Assembly (NCBI GenBank): GCA_009602735.1
Contig: WELA01003159.1
Coordinates: 1-55,779, forward strand
Direction: 5' to 3'
From: Mesotaenium endlicherianum
Lineage: Eukaryota
Length of the DNA: 55,779 bases
Shown here: piece after piece, positions 10,408-24,500 of the stretch
How positions within the stretch are numbered: the first letter of the stretch is position 1
Layout of the letters: each line of letters begins with the position of its first letter
Program-made: the position numbers and the translations under genes
Notes under the pieces: model-generated
What the model was told of the DNA's origin: nothing
The model's database searches: none
Seen by the model: only the letters and a program-made list of their open reading frames with translations

Positions 10408-13359
10408 ATACCCATGGTAACCAGCTCCACAATCAATAGCTTCAACAGAGGCATTGGAGGAGACTCTCTTGCTGCCATAACAGCAGCAAATGCAACTTGC
10501 CGAGAGCCCCCACCCCTTTCCCCCCGCCACGCCCAACATTCATTTAGGGTAAAGCTCAACATAGCAGTGGGGGGGTGTGACAGCGAGGTAAGCGCAATTT
10601 GGCGAAACAAGAGAGAGTGCCCGAGGCCTGGGGCTCACCTAGCAATAGATAAGACGAGGTCGACGCTAACACCCTTGTCTCCCCTCACCCCAATCTGCAG
10701 TGCCTCTATAGCTGCATCAAACAGTCCAGTCACAGAATCACACTAGCCAAGAAAAAACAAGGGAACAGATGCCATGTCAGGAGAGTAGAATGAAGCAGGT
10801 ACTAGCTGCCAAAGCTACAGATTGGTGTCAATTAGCATCCTTCATCGGTTGAGCTCCAACCCTTGCAGTTTGTGTGAGGCTGTTCTAATCACCACAGGCT
10901 GGTATGACATGGGCCTTGCAGGCGACCGTACAAGGTACTGAGTACTGGGGTAATGGGTACAGAAGTCCTAGGAACAGCGGTTTCAGAGAACGCACAAGTG
11001 ACTCCAGTGACTTCTTCACGACGTGGCGGCATGACGGAGCCGACCTGACAGTAGGTTATTATAATGCATCCTAATCTTTGAAACGCAAGGATCGAATGAA
11101 GCAAGTGGCCTAATTTCTGTCATGACGTCGGAGACAGGCTCTAGAGTGGACTACTAAGTAATCTAGGGTCCTAATAACTTCAAAATCAGCGTCAACTGTC
11201 GACCCACAGGAGAACTTCAACTTGTATCAACGAGCAAGCCAACTCTAACATTCCCTGCACAAAAAGAGCGCGGCATCCCCCTTGTGCCCAGTGTACTCCG
11301 GCTAAAGTCCACACCAGAGTACTTCACTGGAAGATGCTTTAGGAGACAGTGGCTAAGCTAGACAGCGTAAAGAATCAGTGAAGCGTGTCTGAACTGAAGT
11401 CGTCAAGGTTCAAAAGGTGCTTCTGAAAGGCATTGGTACAGCTAGATACACGATAATATATGGCATATGCAAGAAGCTCTGGCTGTCCCTGTTGAATGAG
11501 GTATGCGATATTAAAAAAAAAGTATAAGCTAGGGAAGGTGTGACCACTCAGGACTCACTCTCTCGGCTGCTTGCACGGGCAGATTCGGTCCACACAAACC
11601 TCCAAACTGGAGTCCAGTACCATCCACCACCGTGATGGCAAGTCGTACCATGCGCCAAAGAAATGGGTCGACCGAGCTCGTCCGGAATCGATGAAAATTC
11701 GTACCCATTCGGGTGCCATTTGGGACAATCCGCCCATTATCTGCCATTCGGGCAGCCCATCTGACGGCCCATTTCGGCCACGCGCTCGGGCGGATGGCGG
11801 ATCGCGAATCGCCCCTGCCATTTCGTGGCCATCCCCATTCGGGTGTGTTGTATTTTTACAGTGGTGGGGAGAGAGAGGAGGAAAAGAGCTATGGGGCTAG
11901 TGAGAAGGTATATAGAACGTACGGGAGCTTTTTGAAGGAAAACCCGCAGATTGGATCACCTTCCTTCTACGAGCGTAAAGTCCTATGACCTTAAGCATGA
12001 TGTGATCTCTTACTGGAGAATACGGAACCAAACTAAAAAGCATGGCGACAATAAAAGCGTTTTCATAGCTAATCTGGTTCAGTGATATGAATTCCATACC
12101 AGAAAGCGAAAAGACAATGAGGCTTCCCACGTTTCCGAAAGAACCGGATGTAGGTACATTACGACCCATGCAGTCAATGCCTGGTCATATTTGATCGCGC
12201 TGGACGAGAAAGATCAAAGCCGGCAGGGGTGGAAGCAGTAACCGCAGTGGGCCACTCGAAGCGGTTTTCTCAAAAGTTTAGGAGAGGCCCGGTTTAGGGG
12301 CAAGAATAGTCCACATTAAGGCCCGGCATCCGGACCCCAGGGAGGTCGCCTGAGCTGCCGGAGGCGTTCGGGAAGAAAAAGTGGTATTTGTCCAAATTGG
12401 CAGAATCTGTATATTTCTGTTCATCTTGCACAAATCGATGGTAAACCTTGAATAACAGCGCGATGGTAAATATGTATCTTTCCCTCAAGGAATTGGCCCT
12501 AAGACGCAGGCACAATTGGGTACTCGTGTGGCCCGGCATCCAACGGTGGCTAGCTGTGCCCAACCCATCGTGCCCAACAGTGCCCACTGCCCAGGCTCAT
12601 TGACCACTCTTTACCCGACTGCGCTAGGTGGTGTCAGATGCATTCGTGCGTTGAACCGCGTGGTGGTCCAGTGGTGGTCTGTTCCAGTGTGGTCACTGAT
12701 CAGCCCCCCCCCCCGTTCACATCGCACACGCTCCCGCTCTAAAGACTGAACAGAAGTCATGAGCCGTAACCTCGTGTCCACGCGTCCCGAATCTCAAAAG
12801 TCTCCAAGTTGCTACTTTACCAGGACTTGCAAGTTGCAAGTACTCGCGAGTCGCGAGTCGCGACGTCACTGACCATCAAGCACACGGGTGAGTCGTGACA
12901 GCATCTCGTAGAAGTCGGGACAGAGTTTGGAGGACCCTGACGAAGTCAACAAGTAAAGCCAGGCAACACAAAACTGTTTACGACGCAAATCTGCACAAAC
13001 CTCCATCGCCACACATCCGGATTCCGCATAGCAGAACCTCCAGACGAGAGCAGCCAAAGAGGCTATATACTGAATCATTGCGACTTCGTCTAGACATACG
13101 TCTCCCAGGAAACCCAGTCTGCAACTATAGTAAGCGGTTATCGTTGGCTTCAGCCTTAATCTGTATTTGCAGTCGGACAGGCCAGGACAGATTATTTTGA
13201 GGAAGAAAGTAAGCTAATTTTGGCGCTTGTGCACATCTGCAATCATAGAAGCACTCAAAGTGGCATCCAGTTTCCAGGTGTAATTCCAGCTAGTCCAGGG
13301 GCGCCATATTATTCAGGCCTCCTAAGCCTCATACACTCTCACCAGCTTCAGCTCATTGG

Positions 13360-14805
13360 ATGTTAAGATATACTGCGGACGAGGATCAAAGCTGCACAAG
13401 CTTAACAACGCCCACTCTGAGTTGGCAGGCAGTTGCAATGCCATCTTTTGGTCATTGCTCGTCAATGTTTCCCACAACAGAGGGCCAGAATCACACACCT
13501 AGCCTGTCTGGGCCTTCAACGCCCTTTGACCGCCCAGATGTAGATAGCTTCACAAGTGTCAAGGAAGGGAAATCTCATGACGACCCTGCACTCCGAGACC
13601 TGGCAGCGCCTGGTGGCGAGCCAAGTCTAACAGGCAGCTCAGCAGGATTGAGTAGCCATTCAAACTCCTGGACGAGCTTCTTAGCTATAGAACGAAAATC
13701 CGATGATGCCTTCTTCCACTCTACGGGGGAAGCCATACCAGGGCTAGAGCACTTGATGGTCGACACATCCGAACTTCTTCTTGGCGATAGAGTAGCTTCT
13801 GGGTCCTTTGGCAGGGTGTACTTTGGCACATATAGAGAGCGAGAAGTGGCTGTCAAAATCGTGAGGTGGGACAAACTGGAGCTGGAGCCCAGGCTCATGC
13901 TCGACGAGCAGTTCAAGCAGGAGGTCTCAATGCTGGCCGTTCTGGACCATCCCAATGTCGTCAAGGTACTTTTCAATCCGTGCAGAGACAGCCAGCCAAC
14001 TTCGTGTGGGCGCTCGTTTCTTGTGCTCTTCATAATATTTAGACTGGCTCGGCCAGGCGCGCATGCACCACTCGATGCCTGGGGCAGGATCATGATCACG
14101 TGGGCGACGTGTGAATGATTATAACTTACACATATATACGTAACACTGAATATCACGCTTTTGCCAACGTGCAAAATGCGTACATGAACGCGGTGTCAGC
14201 AGCCCGGATATATTAAGTTCACGACCTTCCAAATGCCAACCGAGACCATCACGGGCCTGCTCACACCGCCTCCTCTTCTTGCCGGCCTTAGCTGGCACTT
14301 CTTAGCTGTGCAAATGTGTCAGGATTGCCTCGCTCCACCAGACTGCACTTGAGTAGCGCCCGCATTGCCCGTAAGGCCTCCGCTCCAAGCCGGTGATTTC
14401 AGAGCCCATCATGATCGATTGAAGCGCCAGGTTACTACTGACTGATCAGCACCCTTTGCATATTTCGATTCAGAGCACTTTGAGCTTGAAAAGTTTGCAC
14501 TTCACCTCCATTGACTTCCGGGAACATACCTCGCAAATGATGAGTGTGGAGAGCTCAAGCTGACGACGCGTTGCATGGGATCGACGGGGATGTGTACGCA
14601 GTTCCATGGAGCATACAAGAACAAGACGGCTGGGTGCCTTGTGACAGAGTATCTGCATGGTGGCGATCTCCGGGAGTTCACAGCAGGTCAGATGAAGCGC
14701 AGGAGTCCTCTGTCGACGATTCTGAAGATGGCGCTTGACGTCGCCAAGGGCATGGAGTACCTGCACTCAAAGGTGAGCACGCAAGCACAATGACACACAC
14801 ACACA

Positions 14806-14859
<54 letters not shown>

Positions 14860-16683
14860 TATATGTGTATATATATGTATTGTATAGATATGTACGTATA
14901 AAGTACATATGTATATATGAATATATATGTATGTAGTGCATTCAAGGGCAGCTCCTTGATTCTATGCATTTTCTTGTCAAGTGCTCAACACTGCTTGCCC
15001 TTTCGCTCGAGGGCTCATGCGCTGCTGACTCCAGACTTTTTGTGGGGGCATCAGAGAGAGGGAGATGGGGAAGAAGGGTCTTGGGAGAAGGGTAAGGCTC
15101 GTGTATATGATGGGATGGTACTAGCACGCGTGAAAAACGTGCAGTGGGATTCCGAGTGTTGTGTTTCCATCCTCCTGCTCTGACTGCGTGCATGCGCTGA
15201 TTGAGCATCCTTCATTTGATTGCAGGGCATCGTGCACAGGGATCTGAAGACCAGCAACCTGCTGCTCTCTCTCGAGGGAATTGTCAAAATAGTTGACTTC
15301 GGGGCAGCGAGGTCTGAGGGCAGGCCCCACGACATGACGGGCGAGACCGGCACCTTCCGCTACATGGCGCCCGAGGTACCGTTCTGTGCCATGTGGCACT
15401 TCTGAAACTCGCTCTATAATGCATCGGTGCATGTACCATCGCGCTCGATCGTTGTGGAATGATGACAAGATGGAATACATTGCCATCCGCTGCTTTTCCA
15501 CTCTCAGGGTGTAGCTTGCATGCGTGAGTTGGGACTGCTGGTGCACTCAAATCACAACGTAGCTAGGTTGAGCTGCGCCCACGAGTTTGCTGATGCCCAC
15601 ACAGTCCGGTATGCTGCTGTAGGCATTCCAGTGACAGCGCACAGTGTCTGTATGGTGCTCTAGCTTGCCACAGGGGCTACATGCAATACACGCGCCCACG
15701 TATGTTGCGTGCCATCATGCCTACAAGTAAGTGTTAGCCCCAGACTGTGCCCCTGACAGGAAGTGCGTGGGCCGAAGTCTGCGGAGGTGATGACTCGCGG
15801 TTCTGACTTCCCAGGCTCGCTATGTCTCCTGCAATGTGCAGATGATAGACCACAAGCCGTACACAAAGACTGTGGACGTGTACAGCTTCGGCATTGTCTT
15901 GTGGGAGCTCGTGACTGGAGAGGTTCCTTACGACGGCATGAGCTCACTCCAGGCTGCCTTTGGCGTGGCCCGCAAGGTTGGTCCCCCTTTTCCCTCCATC
16001 CTCTTGTGCAACAGGTCCGAGCTTTGAGATGTAGCGCTTCAGCTGGGCATCTCTTACCCAGGATATCTTGCTTGCTGCCTACGTATGGACGGCACAACAT
16101 TGTTGATTGCAGACCAGTTGGGGTTGCCGTTTGTTGAAACTTGTCAATCCCTTTGTCCATGGCGCACTCGCTCAGTTACATTGTGAGGACACTAATTTAG
16201 TAAAGTGAAGAGTTGGGCAATTTGGTTCTACTTTGAATCTTTTGTTGAACCGCACAGGTTTTGTGTAGTCTCTGAAAGATACGCAGGGTGCACATATCTC
16301 ACCTGCTGTTGAAGAAGGCAACGTAGTGAAAATGTGAGAAATGGTGGGGACATTGCTTATCGCTTAGAAAGCAGGGGATGGCAAGGGGGCGCAGCTGGAG
16401 AACAATAATATTGCACGTGCTTGCAAGCTACGGTGTGTGACACGGCTATCTCCTCCTCTTGTCTGAGCAGAACCTGAGACCTCCGGCTGTGAAGGGCTGC
16501 CCTGCTGTGCTCAACAATCTGATGCAGATGTGTTGGCATGCCCAGCCCCAGAAGCGGCCAACCTTTGCAAGCGTGGTGTCCATTCTCAGTGAATTTTTGG
16601 GGCAGTCCAAGACCGGCCGTGGCTTGAAGAAGTCGGCAAGTGGACGGATCACGTCTTTGTTTGGAATTCTTGGAAAGTCCTGA
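13360..16683 (+). CDS. Raf-like (group C, STY/HT1-like) protein kinase, about 424 aa, 5 exons
   Basis: Exons 13360-13965, 14602-14772, 15226-15375, 15842-15976, 16471-16683; all GT-AG, all phase 0. Motifs [48 protein letters not shown]. Start codon uncertain (13360 or 13438). Confidence 0.9.
14793..14933. repeat. (CA)n microsatellite followed by TA-rich simple repeat, kinase intron 2
   Basis: Read directly from the sequence. Confidence 0.95.
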
Positions 16684-17556
16684 GATCCGGCCTGAGGTCC
16701 TAAGGTGTATCATTCCAAAAACAACAGCCACCATTTTGGCTCAGGTGAAGCTCGCTCACTTAGGGATCAGGGCACTGGTTGGTGGTACATATAGGTCACG
16801 TAGAGGTGATGGGTCGACAAGCTCACACAATTTTGATACTCAGTTTTTGACTACCTTCCAATTTTGGAGTGAACAGAGCGGAGATCCGGACATGCAGTAC
16901 GGTCATGGAGGGGTGCCACTCTGGCACCCTTTCCTTCTCCTGAGCACGATGGGTTGAATATGCACATTGCAGTTCAATCCAACTCCCAACATTAAGTAAC
17001 AATCCATGGTTCTCACCAGGATGCAACTAGAAAGAGCTAACAACACTATGAGAAGTATGGCGGAATCTTGTGCCTAGTGGTATGGTGAAGGCGGGCCAGT
17101 CTTAGTTCCTTCGAATCTCAATGATTGTACATACACGGTTGGATGCAAATTACTTGGCAGGACACTATTATCTTTTAGACAATCAAAGGGTGGTAAGTAC
17201 CATAGCTAGGTGAATTCAGTTTACAATGATCTACGCGCGAATGTTTACTTTTCTTTGCATATGACTACTGACGGCTCGAGGCTGTACACTTCATGTCTTG
17301 CCAGCTGTGAAAGCTCTGCCACAATCTTGAACCATGGAGAACTTGAGTTCAGCGTGGCCATCCATCCCCGAATACGCCTCCTTTCTTCTTAGCCACAACG
17401 TACTCATGTTGAGGCCACATTTGGCTATATCCATAACAATTCAGGCAAGAGCCCCTGCTCCTACCACCTGGGCACAACTGTCCTCCACGCAAACAATGTG
17501 AGACACAAGCCGGCAGCACTGGTCTTCCAAGGCCAGGTGGCAGCGGCGTGCTGGCG

Positions 17557-18018
17557 ATGCAGGTAGGCAACAGCTCCCAGGGGGGGCGCACGAGCATCCT
17601 GGATCTGCCGGACGACCTCATGGGGCCCATCCTGCGCGCCCTGTGCGTCTCGGAGGACGACGAGAGTGCGGGTGCTGGTGACGCTGACGGCTCCGATGGC
17701 GCCGGCTCCGTCCGCATGGAGCGCGTGGAGGCCTACAGCAGCGTGTGCCGCAGATGGAGGGCCATCCTGCGCTGCAGCTTTGCCCGCCTGGCGCTCCGTG
17801 GGCACGAGCTCGTGGACGCGGGGGCGGTGCTGCGCGCGTGCAGAAACGTGACATGTGTCCGCCTCGTGGGGGCGTGCGGCTCCCCCGCCGCTGAGAAGGG
17901 GGGGGAAGGGCAGGAGTGGAGGCGGCTGCTCCGGGGCCTGGCCGACCCGTGCGAGTGTCTCTTACCTAGGTGGACAGCAGGCCAGGAACTTGCACTCTTA
18001 CAAACATGTAGAATTTGA
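17557..18018 (+). CDS. F-box-like ORF; a short gene, an isolated exon or a gene fragment
   Basis: SILDLPDDLMGPILRAL...YSSVCRRWRAIL fits the F-box pattern (LP...I...VC+RW). GC-rich codon usage to about 17960. No further exons identified. Confidence 0.5.
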   Translation: MQVGNSSQGGRTSILDLPDDLMGPILRALCVSEDDESAGAGDADGSDGAGSVRMERVEAYSSVCRRWRAILRCSFARLALRGHELVDAGAVLRACRNVTCVRLVGACGSPAAEKGGEGQEWRRLLRGLADPCECLLPRWTAGQELALLQTCRI

Positions 18019-18580
18019 TGCAGATCACCAGGATAATCCAATCCAAAAACATGACAGCCTTTATTGGTGCAGCTTAGGCCAGGTGTGTGTCCCGCAATGC
18101 TGCCACTTCCTGCTGCATTATTGAATGCATAATCCTCGTTATAAACGACCACTGCCTGTACTGAAGGTAAGCATCTCGAACAAAAGCTATATCGTTCTTG
18201 ACTGCTGTAATTGGAGCAGAAAATTTTCTTTGAGAACTTCAAATATGCCGGTACATACACAAATGACGAGAGATGATGTTAAGACCTGCATGCAGCCTTT
18301 AAACAAACTGCCTTGGAACTCTCGCAGATGCATCCATCTTGTCAAAGAGTAAATTTTGTTCCTCCAACACGTCAAAGTTTACTGTCTTCTTGAACTATCA
18401 TACTCTTATAACTAAACTTGAAAAAAGAGGGCAGCAAACATACCCACAACATGCGAGATATATACATTCAACAGTCCTTTTAGGCTCTGCCCTACCTATG
18501 TACATGCGAGATCAATCATGAAATAGCGTGCATCTTGATCGTGGGCTCCTCACTGAGGCACGCACCGTCCTCGCCCCCCT

Positions 18581-21500
18581 CTACTTCCGAAAGCAGAGCG
18601 TCTGCCAAAAATACATACACACGGTTGCACAGGCCAACAACATAAGTTCTCTCTCTCTATCCCGGCTTCACAACCTGACCAGTTGGTGGAGACGCCTGCA
18701 AACACACGCGTGCAGTAAGAGCACCCCTCTAACATAGTATAGAAAATACTGCAATTACTTTGGCACTGCCCTTCGATATCACGCCTTGAATGGGGCCATG
18801 ACGAAACAGGTAAAGGCCACATAACGCCAGCGAGAAAACCCCAGATGCCTCCAAGTTCCAGCGACAACGTCAGATTGCCATGCAACCAACCAGCTTGCAA
18901 CTTGGCCAGATGGGCAGGAGACATATTACATAACATTTCGCGTAAAGCTTTCTTGCCCATCATCCAGGCCAAGTGCTAGAATCATATCGAGAAAGATTGC
19001 AAAACAGCTACTACCGGCAGCCAAGTAACAGACCTTCCCTCGAGCATGCTGCTGAGTCACAGCGAAGAACAAAAGCTTGCAAGAAATAGACCCGGCTCTA
19101 TCAAGGGGGCAGAAGAAGAGACAGAGTGAGAGGTCTACAGAAGAAGCAAAGCGAGCGAGCAACAACCAAGCTGCCCTCCCAATCGTCACACACATGCGCG
19201 TGCGCGCACACACAAACACACGCAGACAAGCACACGCGCACACACACACGCACACACGCACAACAGCCTTGCGTCAGCGGCACAGAGAAAGCAGCACCTT
19301 GGAGAAGTGCAGGATGCTCTGGCTCTCCAGGCGCATGCCCCCCTCGCGCGTGAAGAGGTCCGCGAGGTCGGTGCCGACATAGTCCAGGTAGTAGGGCTCG
19401 TGGTAGTTGCGCGGGAACACGCTGTGGTCCACCTCCGGCTGGTCCTCCTTCTGCAAGCCACGCAGCACCGCCGGCAGAGACAAACGAGGTGGGTCTGCCG
19501 TTTCCTCCAAAAAAAAACAGAATATGAGAGGACCAGACTCGACCCCCCCCCCGGGGCAAAAGGCGTTCCCCAGCATGCCGTGAGTGGGACCTGTCCACTC
19601 TCAACACCCCGTTGGTAACGGTGCACGAGTAATTTCGCGCGGCAGGTGCCCAGAGAACCTCTCGTGGAGACGTGCTGCCTGGCTCTATACGAAGGCTGCA
19701 TTTCTTGCTAGCATGCCTTTAATACAAGGTACCTTGGCAGGGCAAGGGGGAAGGAACACACCCACCAGCCACCCGAATCTCAGGGTGTGCTTCATGATTC
19801 GTTACTCACCCACCCACCCACACACACATCCATGGATGGGAAGAGAAACAGAGAGCCTCACCTGCAGAGAGTCGGTGAGGATGACGATGCCACCTGGCCG
19901 CAGGACACGCGCCATCTCCCGGACGACACTCTTGCGCACGTTGCGCGGCAGCTCGTGAAACAGGTACACGCACGACACCTGGCCCCGCACACAAAACGGA
20001 GCAACGGATTGAGCCTCTGATCTCAAACTGCAGACGGGACATTTCTGCACACGCAAGGGAGGAGCACCGCTTCAATTCAAAGCGACTGATCTAGGAGAGA
20101 AGGACATACCACGTCGACGGAGAGGGCGGGCAGAGGCAGCGATTCCGCGGCCGCATGGAGGAACTCCGTGGGCGTGACCTTCCTGTCTCTATTCACGCGC
20201 TTGTCAAACTCTGCACAAGGAGACCGGGAGAGAGCAAGAGAAAAAGGGCAGGAGGAGGGGAGGGCGGGGGAAGAGGGGGGGTTTTGCAGGGTCCAAGTCA
20301 GAGCCATCAGCGACCGCAGCTATTGGCAGCGACGACGTCGCCTGCCCTGCATACACCGCGCTTCTCACTATGCCCACGTCATGCGTGCTTGGCGGCAGGC
20401 ACGAACCTCCTTTGCTTAAGCCGAACAGATGAAAACCAGTTTCACGAGAGACGCAATACATGTTTCACAGTTATGTGCAACCACAGACACACACACAAAT
20501 ACAAACATGCAAATGTATGTGCACATATGTATGTATATATATATACACACACACACGTACACATATAGGATGATCTATATTGGAGCTTTTATGAAGCTCC
20601 CACAACAAAAGCAGACGTGGTGCATGCGCAAATGCACTGCCACACAGGGGTGAGCTCAGCACCAAATCCTTCTCGACGCGAACACTGTGGGGAACACGTT
20701 TGGGCAGCCAGCCTGGCAGCAGGGGGGGCTTGCCCGATCAACGATACCGAGAGCTTGCATCAACTACGCAGGTCCAGACGGTCCACTCAATAACAGAAGC
20801 CCTGTCACCTCCTCCTCCACGTCTGAAGTGAGCACTTGTATTCATAACAAGCACGACAACTGTCATCAACTACATGGCACATGCCCTGTTTGGACAACGC
20901 TCACCATCACAGAAGCGCGGGGTGCAGAGTGGGAAGAAAGAGCAACCAAACAAACAAACTGACATAATGTCATCATACTAATAGCGACTAACTCTCCCGC
21001 GAAATCAGGCTCTCCGTGCACCGACAGGCCAGCACGGCAGGCGAGCAGGTGCATGCACCATGCACGAGGCGAGTTTGCGTGCATGCATGTGGCCAAAGCG
21101 AGATGCCCGGTGCACCATAGTGGCACGACGTGACGGCGCGGCCCACCCGTCCAATTCAAAAGACTCAGAAAGGCACAGCAGCAATGCGGGTGCGAACGCA
21201 CCGATGAAGTAATTCATGTTTTCCTGCGCCTTCTTCAAGTAGAAGGGGCTGAGGTCCACCTGCAGACACAGAGAGGAAGAGACAGAAAGCCAGAGAGGGA
21301 CAGGCACCATCGCGAGATTCTCAGCCACACGAGACCACATCGCACCACAGTGCCAGCGGAAGCCCCTGCAAGGCCAGCTAGAGCCCCATGCAGAGAAGGG
21401 CCCGGCAGCAGCTAAACCCCAGGCTCAGATGTTCCGCAAGCACCACCACCCCCGCGAGCACCACCAACGCGTGCGTGCGTGCGAGCAAGTGCAACTGTCA

Positions 21501-24500
21501 CTCACGATTATTGGTTACTCAAACAGAGTCTCTCTAGGCTCGCACAGACATGACATCTGGTAAGCCTCCGATGCAGGCATAAGCGGAGTGACATGTGGCT
21601 CTCAGCCAGCCAGCCAGCAGGGCTGCCACCAGGAAGGGAGGCCCGGGGGAGGGAGGGGGGANCTGACATGCGGGGAGGAGGAGGGTGGGGGGGAGGGCAC
21701 GGACGGCGGTGGTGCGGAGGTGGGGGTAGTTGTCCTTGATGAACGTGAGGTAGCGGCCGGTGCCGCACGCCAGCTCCAGCAGGTGGGTCTTGCTCTCGCT
21801 GCGCCCCTTCATGAAGAAGTGCAGCGGCACCAGGCCGCCCCTCTGCATCGCGTCCTGCATCACGCCACGTGGCGCCGCGGAACAGGGCCGCACGCGTCAG
21901 CCCCCGCAGGAGGCTCCCAGGGCACCCGACTGGTCGGAGTGTGGCGCCTCCCTCGCGTGGCTCCGGCAAGCAGTCCAGCCAATTGTGGAATGCAGCAGAC
22001 AACTACTCTGCAGCAGTCCCCCGCTGAGCGCATCTTACACTTCCACTCCGCAGTTGATGCCAAGAGCAAGGGCTTTGCACGACACTGAGCCCTACCTGAT
22101 TGGGGTACGAGAAAACAAACGGGCCATAATAGAGTTCACGGCAGGCAGTTGAAGGCGTGCTGCACCTGGCCCGCAGCCAGCTGTGACCGGCACACAACCT
22201 CGCGCTTCCAACAGCATGCCTCTGGGCGTGCATTGCGATGCTGCGATCAAACAGTGGCACATTCCCATGGCTCGCGCGGCTTCTAACCTGCTCTCCAGTG
22301 CGCGCACGCGCGTGTGCGTGTGTGTGGGTGTACTTCTCATCAACAACTCCTACACGTCAAACCCGCCTAGGGAGAGGGGAGGGAGCAAGGGCACCAGGTG
22401 GCACACCTGCGAGCCCGAGAAGAGGGTCTCCGTCGCCACCTCGTACGTTTCCGCCGAGAAGTCCGAGAGCCACCCGTCTTGGAAGTGGAAGTTCTGCCGA
22501 CCAAAGCTCCCCCACCCCAGACGAACAAACGGCCGTCTCAGAGCCAGCGGAGTGACACACAGCAACAACGACTGACAGCTGGCGTTAGTTGCCAGGATTG
22601 CACTAAGCACGAGCCTGACACACAGCTGCCACTTGTCGCCAGCACAACCGCTGCGCCGACCAAAATTGCTTTCAATCCAGAATCCATATGCCCGGCGAGC
22701 TCGGGCAACTGAGAGCCGGCATCGACCTCGGGCGAAAGCAGAAAGGGAGGAGCAGCAGAAGGTGCCGTGGTGGGCAAAGGCGGGTGGTATCGCAGATGTG
22801 ATGAAACAAGACGCAGCATATCATCTCCTTGCCGGCACGTCATTATACCTCCCCAAGGGGGAAAACACTCGCAAACTACCAACCCCTGCCTCTCTCTCTC
22901 GGCACTAGCAAGAGCGCGACGGCCCCAGCCTCCTCGGGCTCAAGAGCACCCATTCTGGCGGCAGAGGCTCGCACAAAGCACGCGCAAAAAGTGCAAGGCT
23001 GCGCGCGCTCTTGGAGTGCGTGTGAGGTTCATGGCTAGAAAGAGAGCCTAGCGCAAGCACACAAGCGTGCGCGCGCCACCAGATATGCCCGCGCCTGCAC
23101 CCACCTGCAAGTAGTAGTCGGGGTACTTGGCCCTGTTAAGCTTGGCCTCGTCCGACGTGTGCCTCACCTCGTGCCTGCCTGCTCGCGCACACGCATGTCG
23201 ACGCATCGGCAGCACCAAGCGAGTCATCAAGCCAGTTGCGGGCAGGTGGCACGTGCCTCCACGCTTCCCAGCTACGCAGCCTTTCTCCTACCAATTTGTC
23301 TCGTACACGCAAATTGTTGTGAAGGAGCACACGTAATAAAGGAATGATGTGCTGGTCAGCCAGAAGGCTGCTGTCCATGTGCCGCGTGTTGCATCCCCAG
23401 ACCAGCCTGGTATGGCTGGCGTAGATAGGCGCGCGCGGACACACACACACACACCACACACACACACACGCGCGCGCGCAGATACGCACACGCACACACA
23501 CGCACATGCGCACATACACACACGCAAACGAGCACAGTCGTGAATGCCTACATCGAGGGAGGGGAGTAGAAGCAGAAAATTGCTCAACACCAAGTGCCTC
23601 CGCACGCTGTGGACAGTTCGGGGGGAGCCGTCAAGGCGCAGACAGTCGGATTCACATTCTGGCAAAAGTAAGAGCGTGTGCCTGTGCACATTCGGCTGCA
23701 CGCCGGCCAGATCTGCTGCAGCTGGTGAGCATATGCGCTTGTTCTATCTTTGCTCCATTATCAATACCACAACACCAGCAGGCCTGAAAGGCAAGGGCCG
23801 ATGCCTGAGCGCACGCGTCCCCTTCTCCCACGCCAGCTTGCATGCATGCACGGCTGAGGTGGCTGAGAAGCTGCCGAGCACGCGCGAGCCACAATGTGAA
23901 TGCGCCCCTGCCCTCGGAGTTCGGAGAAGAAAGCAGAGAAGCAAGGGGGCTTTGCAGCAAGCGACTGAGCGCAGCTGAGCAGTGGCAGCCTGCAGTAATA
24001 GTACCCTGACCGGCCAACGGAGCCCAGAGGCGGACCGATGCACGCGCGCAATTTGCACGCACCACGCATGCACGCACGCGCAAACACGCACCCTCGCGCT
24101 TGCGGCGCTCCATGTTGTCGCGCGCAAACTTGACCATGGCGTCGGCGCCGCTGGCCACGTGGCGCGGGTCCCACTGGCGGTGGCGCACGCTCATGTCGTA
24201 CGGCGCGCGGTAGTAGCCGCGGCGCACGTTGTCCGCGTCGCGCCGGTACAGCTCCGCGATGCCCGCGATGGTCTTCCCGAAGCCCGACGACAGGATGTTC
24301 ACAATCTTGCGCGGGTTCGTGGGCACGCCCTCCTGCCACGCAGTGTGGCAGACGGCGAGTGCAGCCGCTGCCGCTAAGTCAGCACGCAACAGCTACGAGA
24401 AGTGCCGAACAGACTGCCGGGCTCTGGCCTTCTGCAAATCTCTTTGAGATGTTCCTTTGCGGAGGGGTGCTCGCGGGCGCGTGCGCACAGACACACGCAC

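Noticed and set aside
11982..11993. CCTATGACCTTA matching the LTR terminus
   Set aside because: Only 12 bp, with no terminal CA and no flanking similarity; compatible with chance.
17069..17119. tRNA/SINE-like A- and B-box pair (GCCTAGTGG...TTCGAATC)
   Set aside because: The spacing is too short, the B-box lacks its conserved G, and no cloverleaf stems could be formed.
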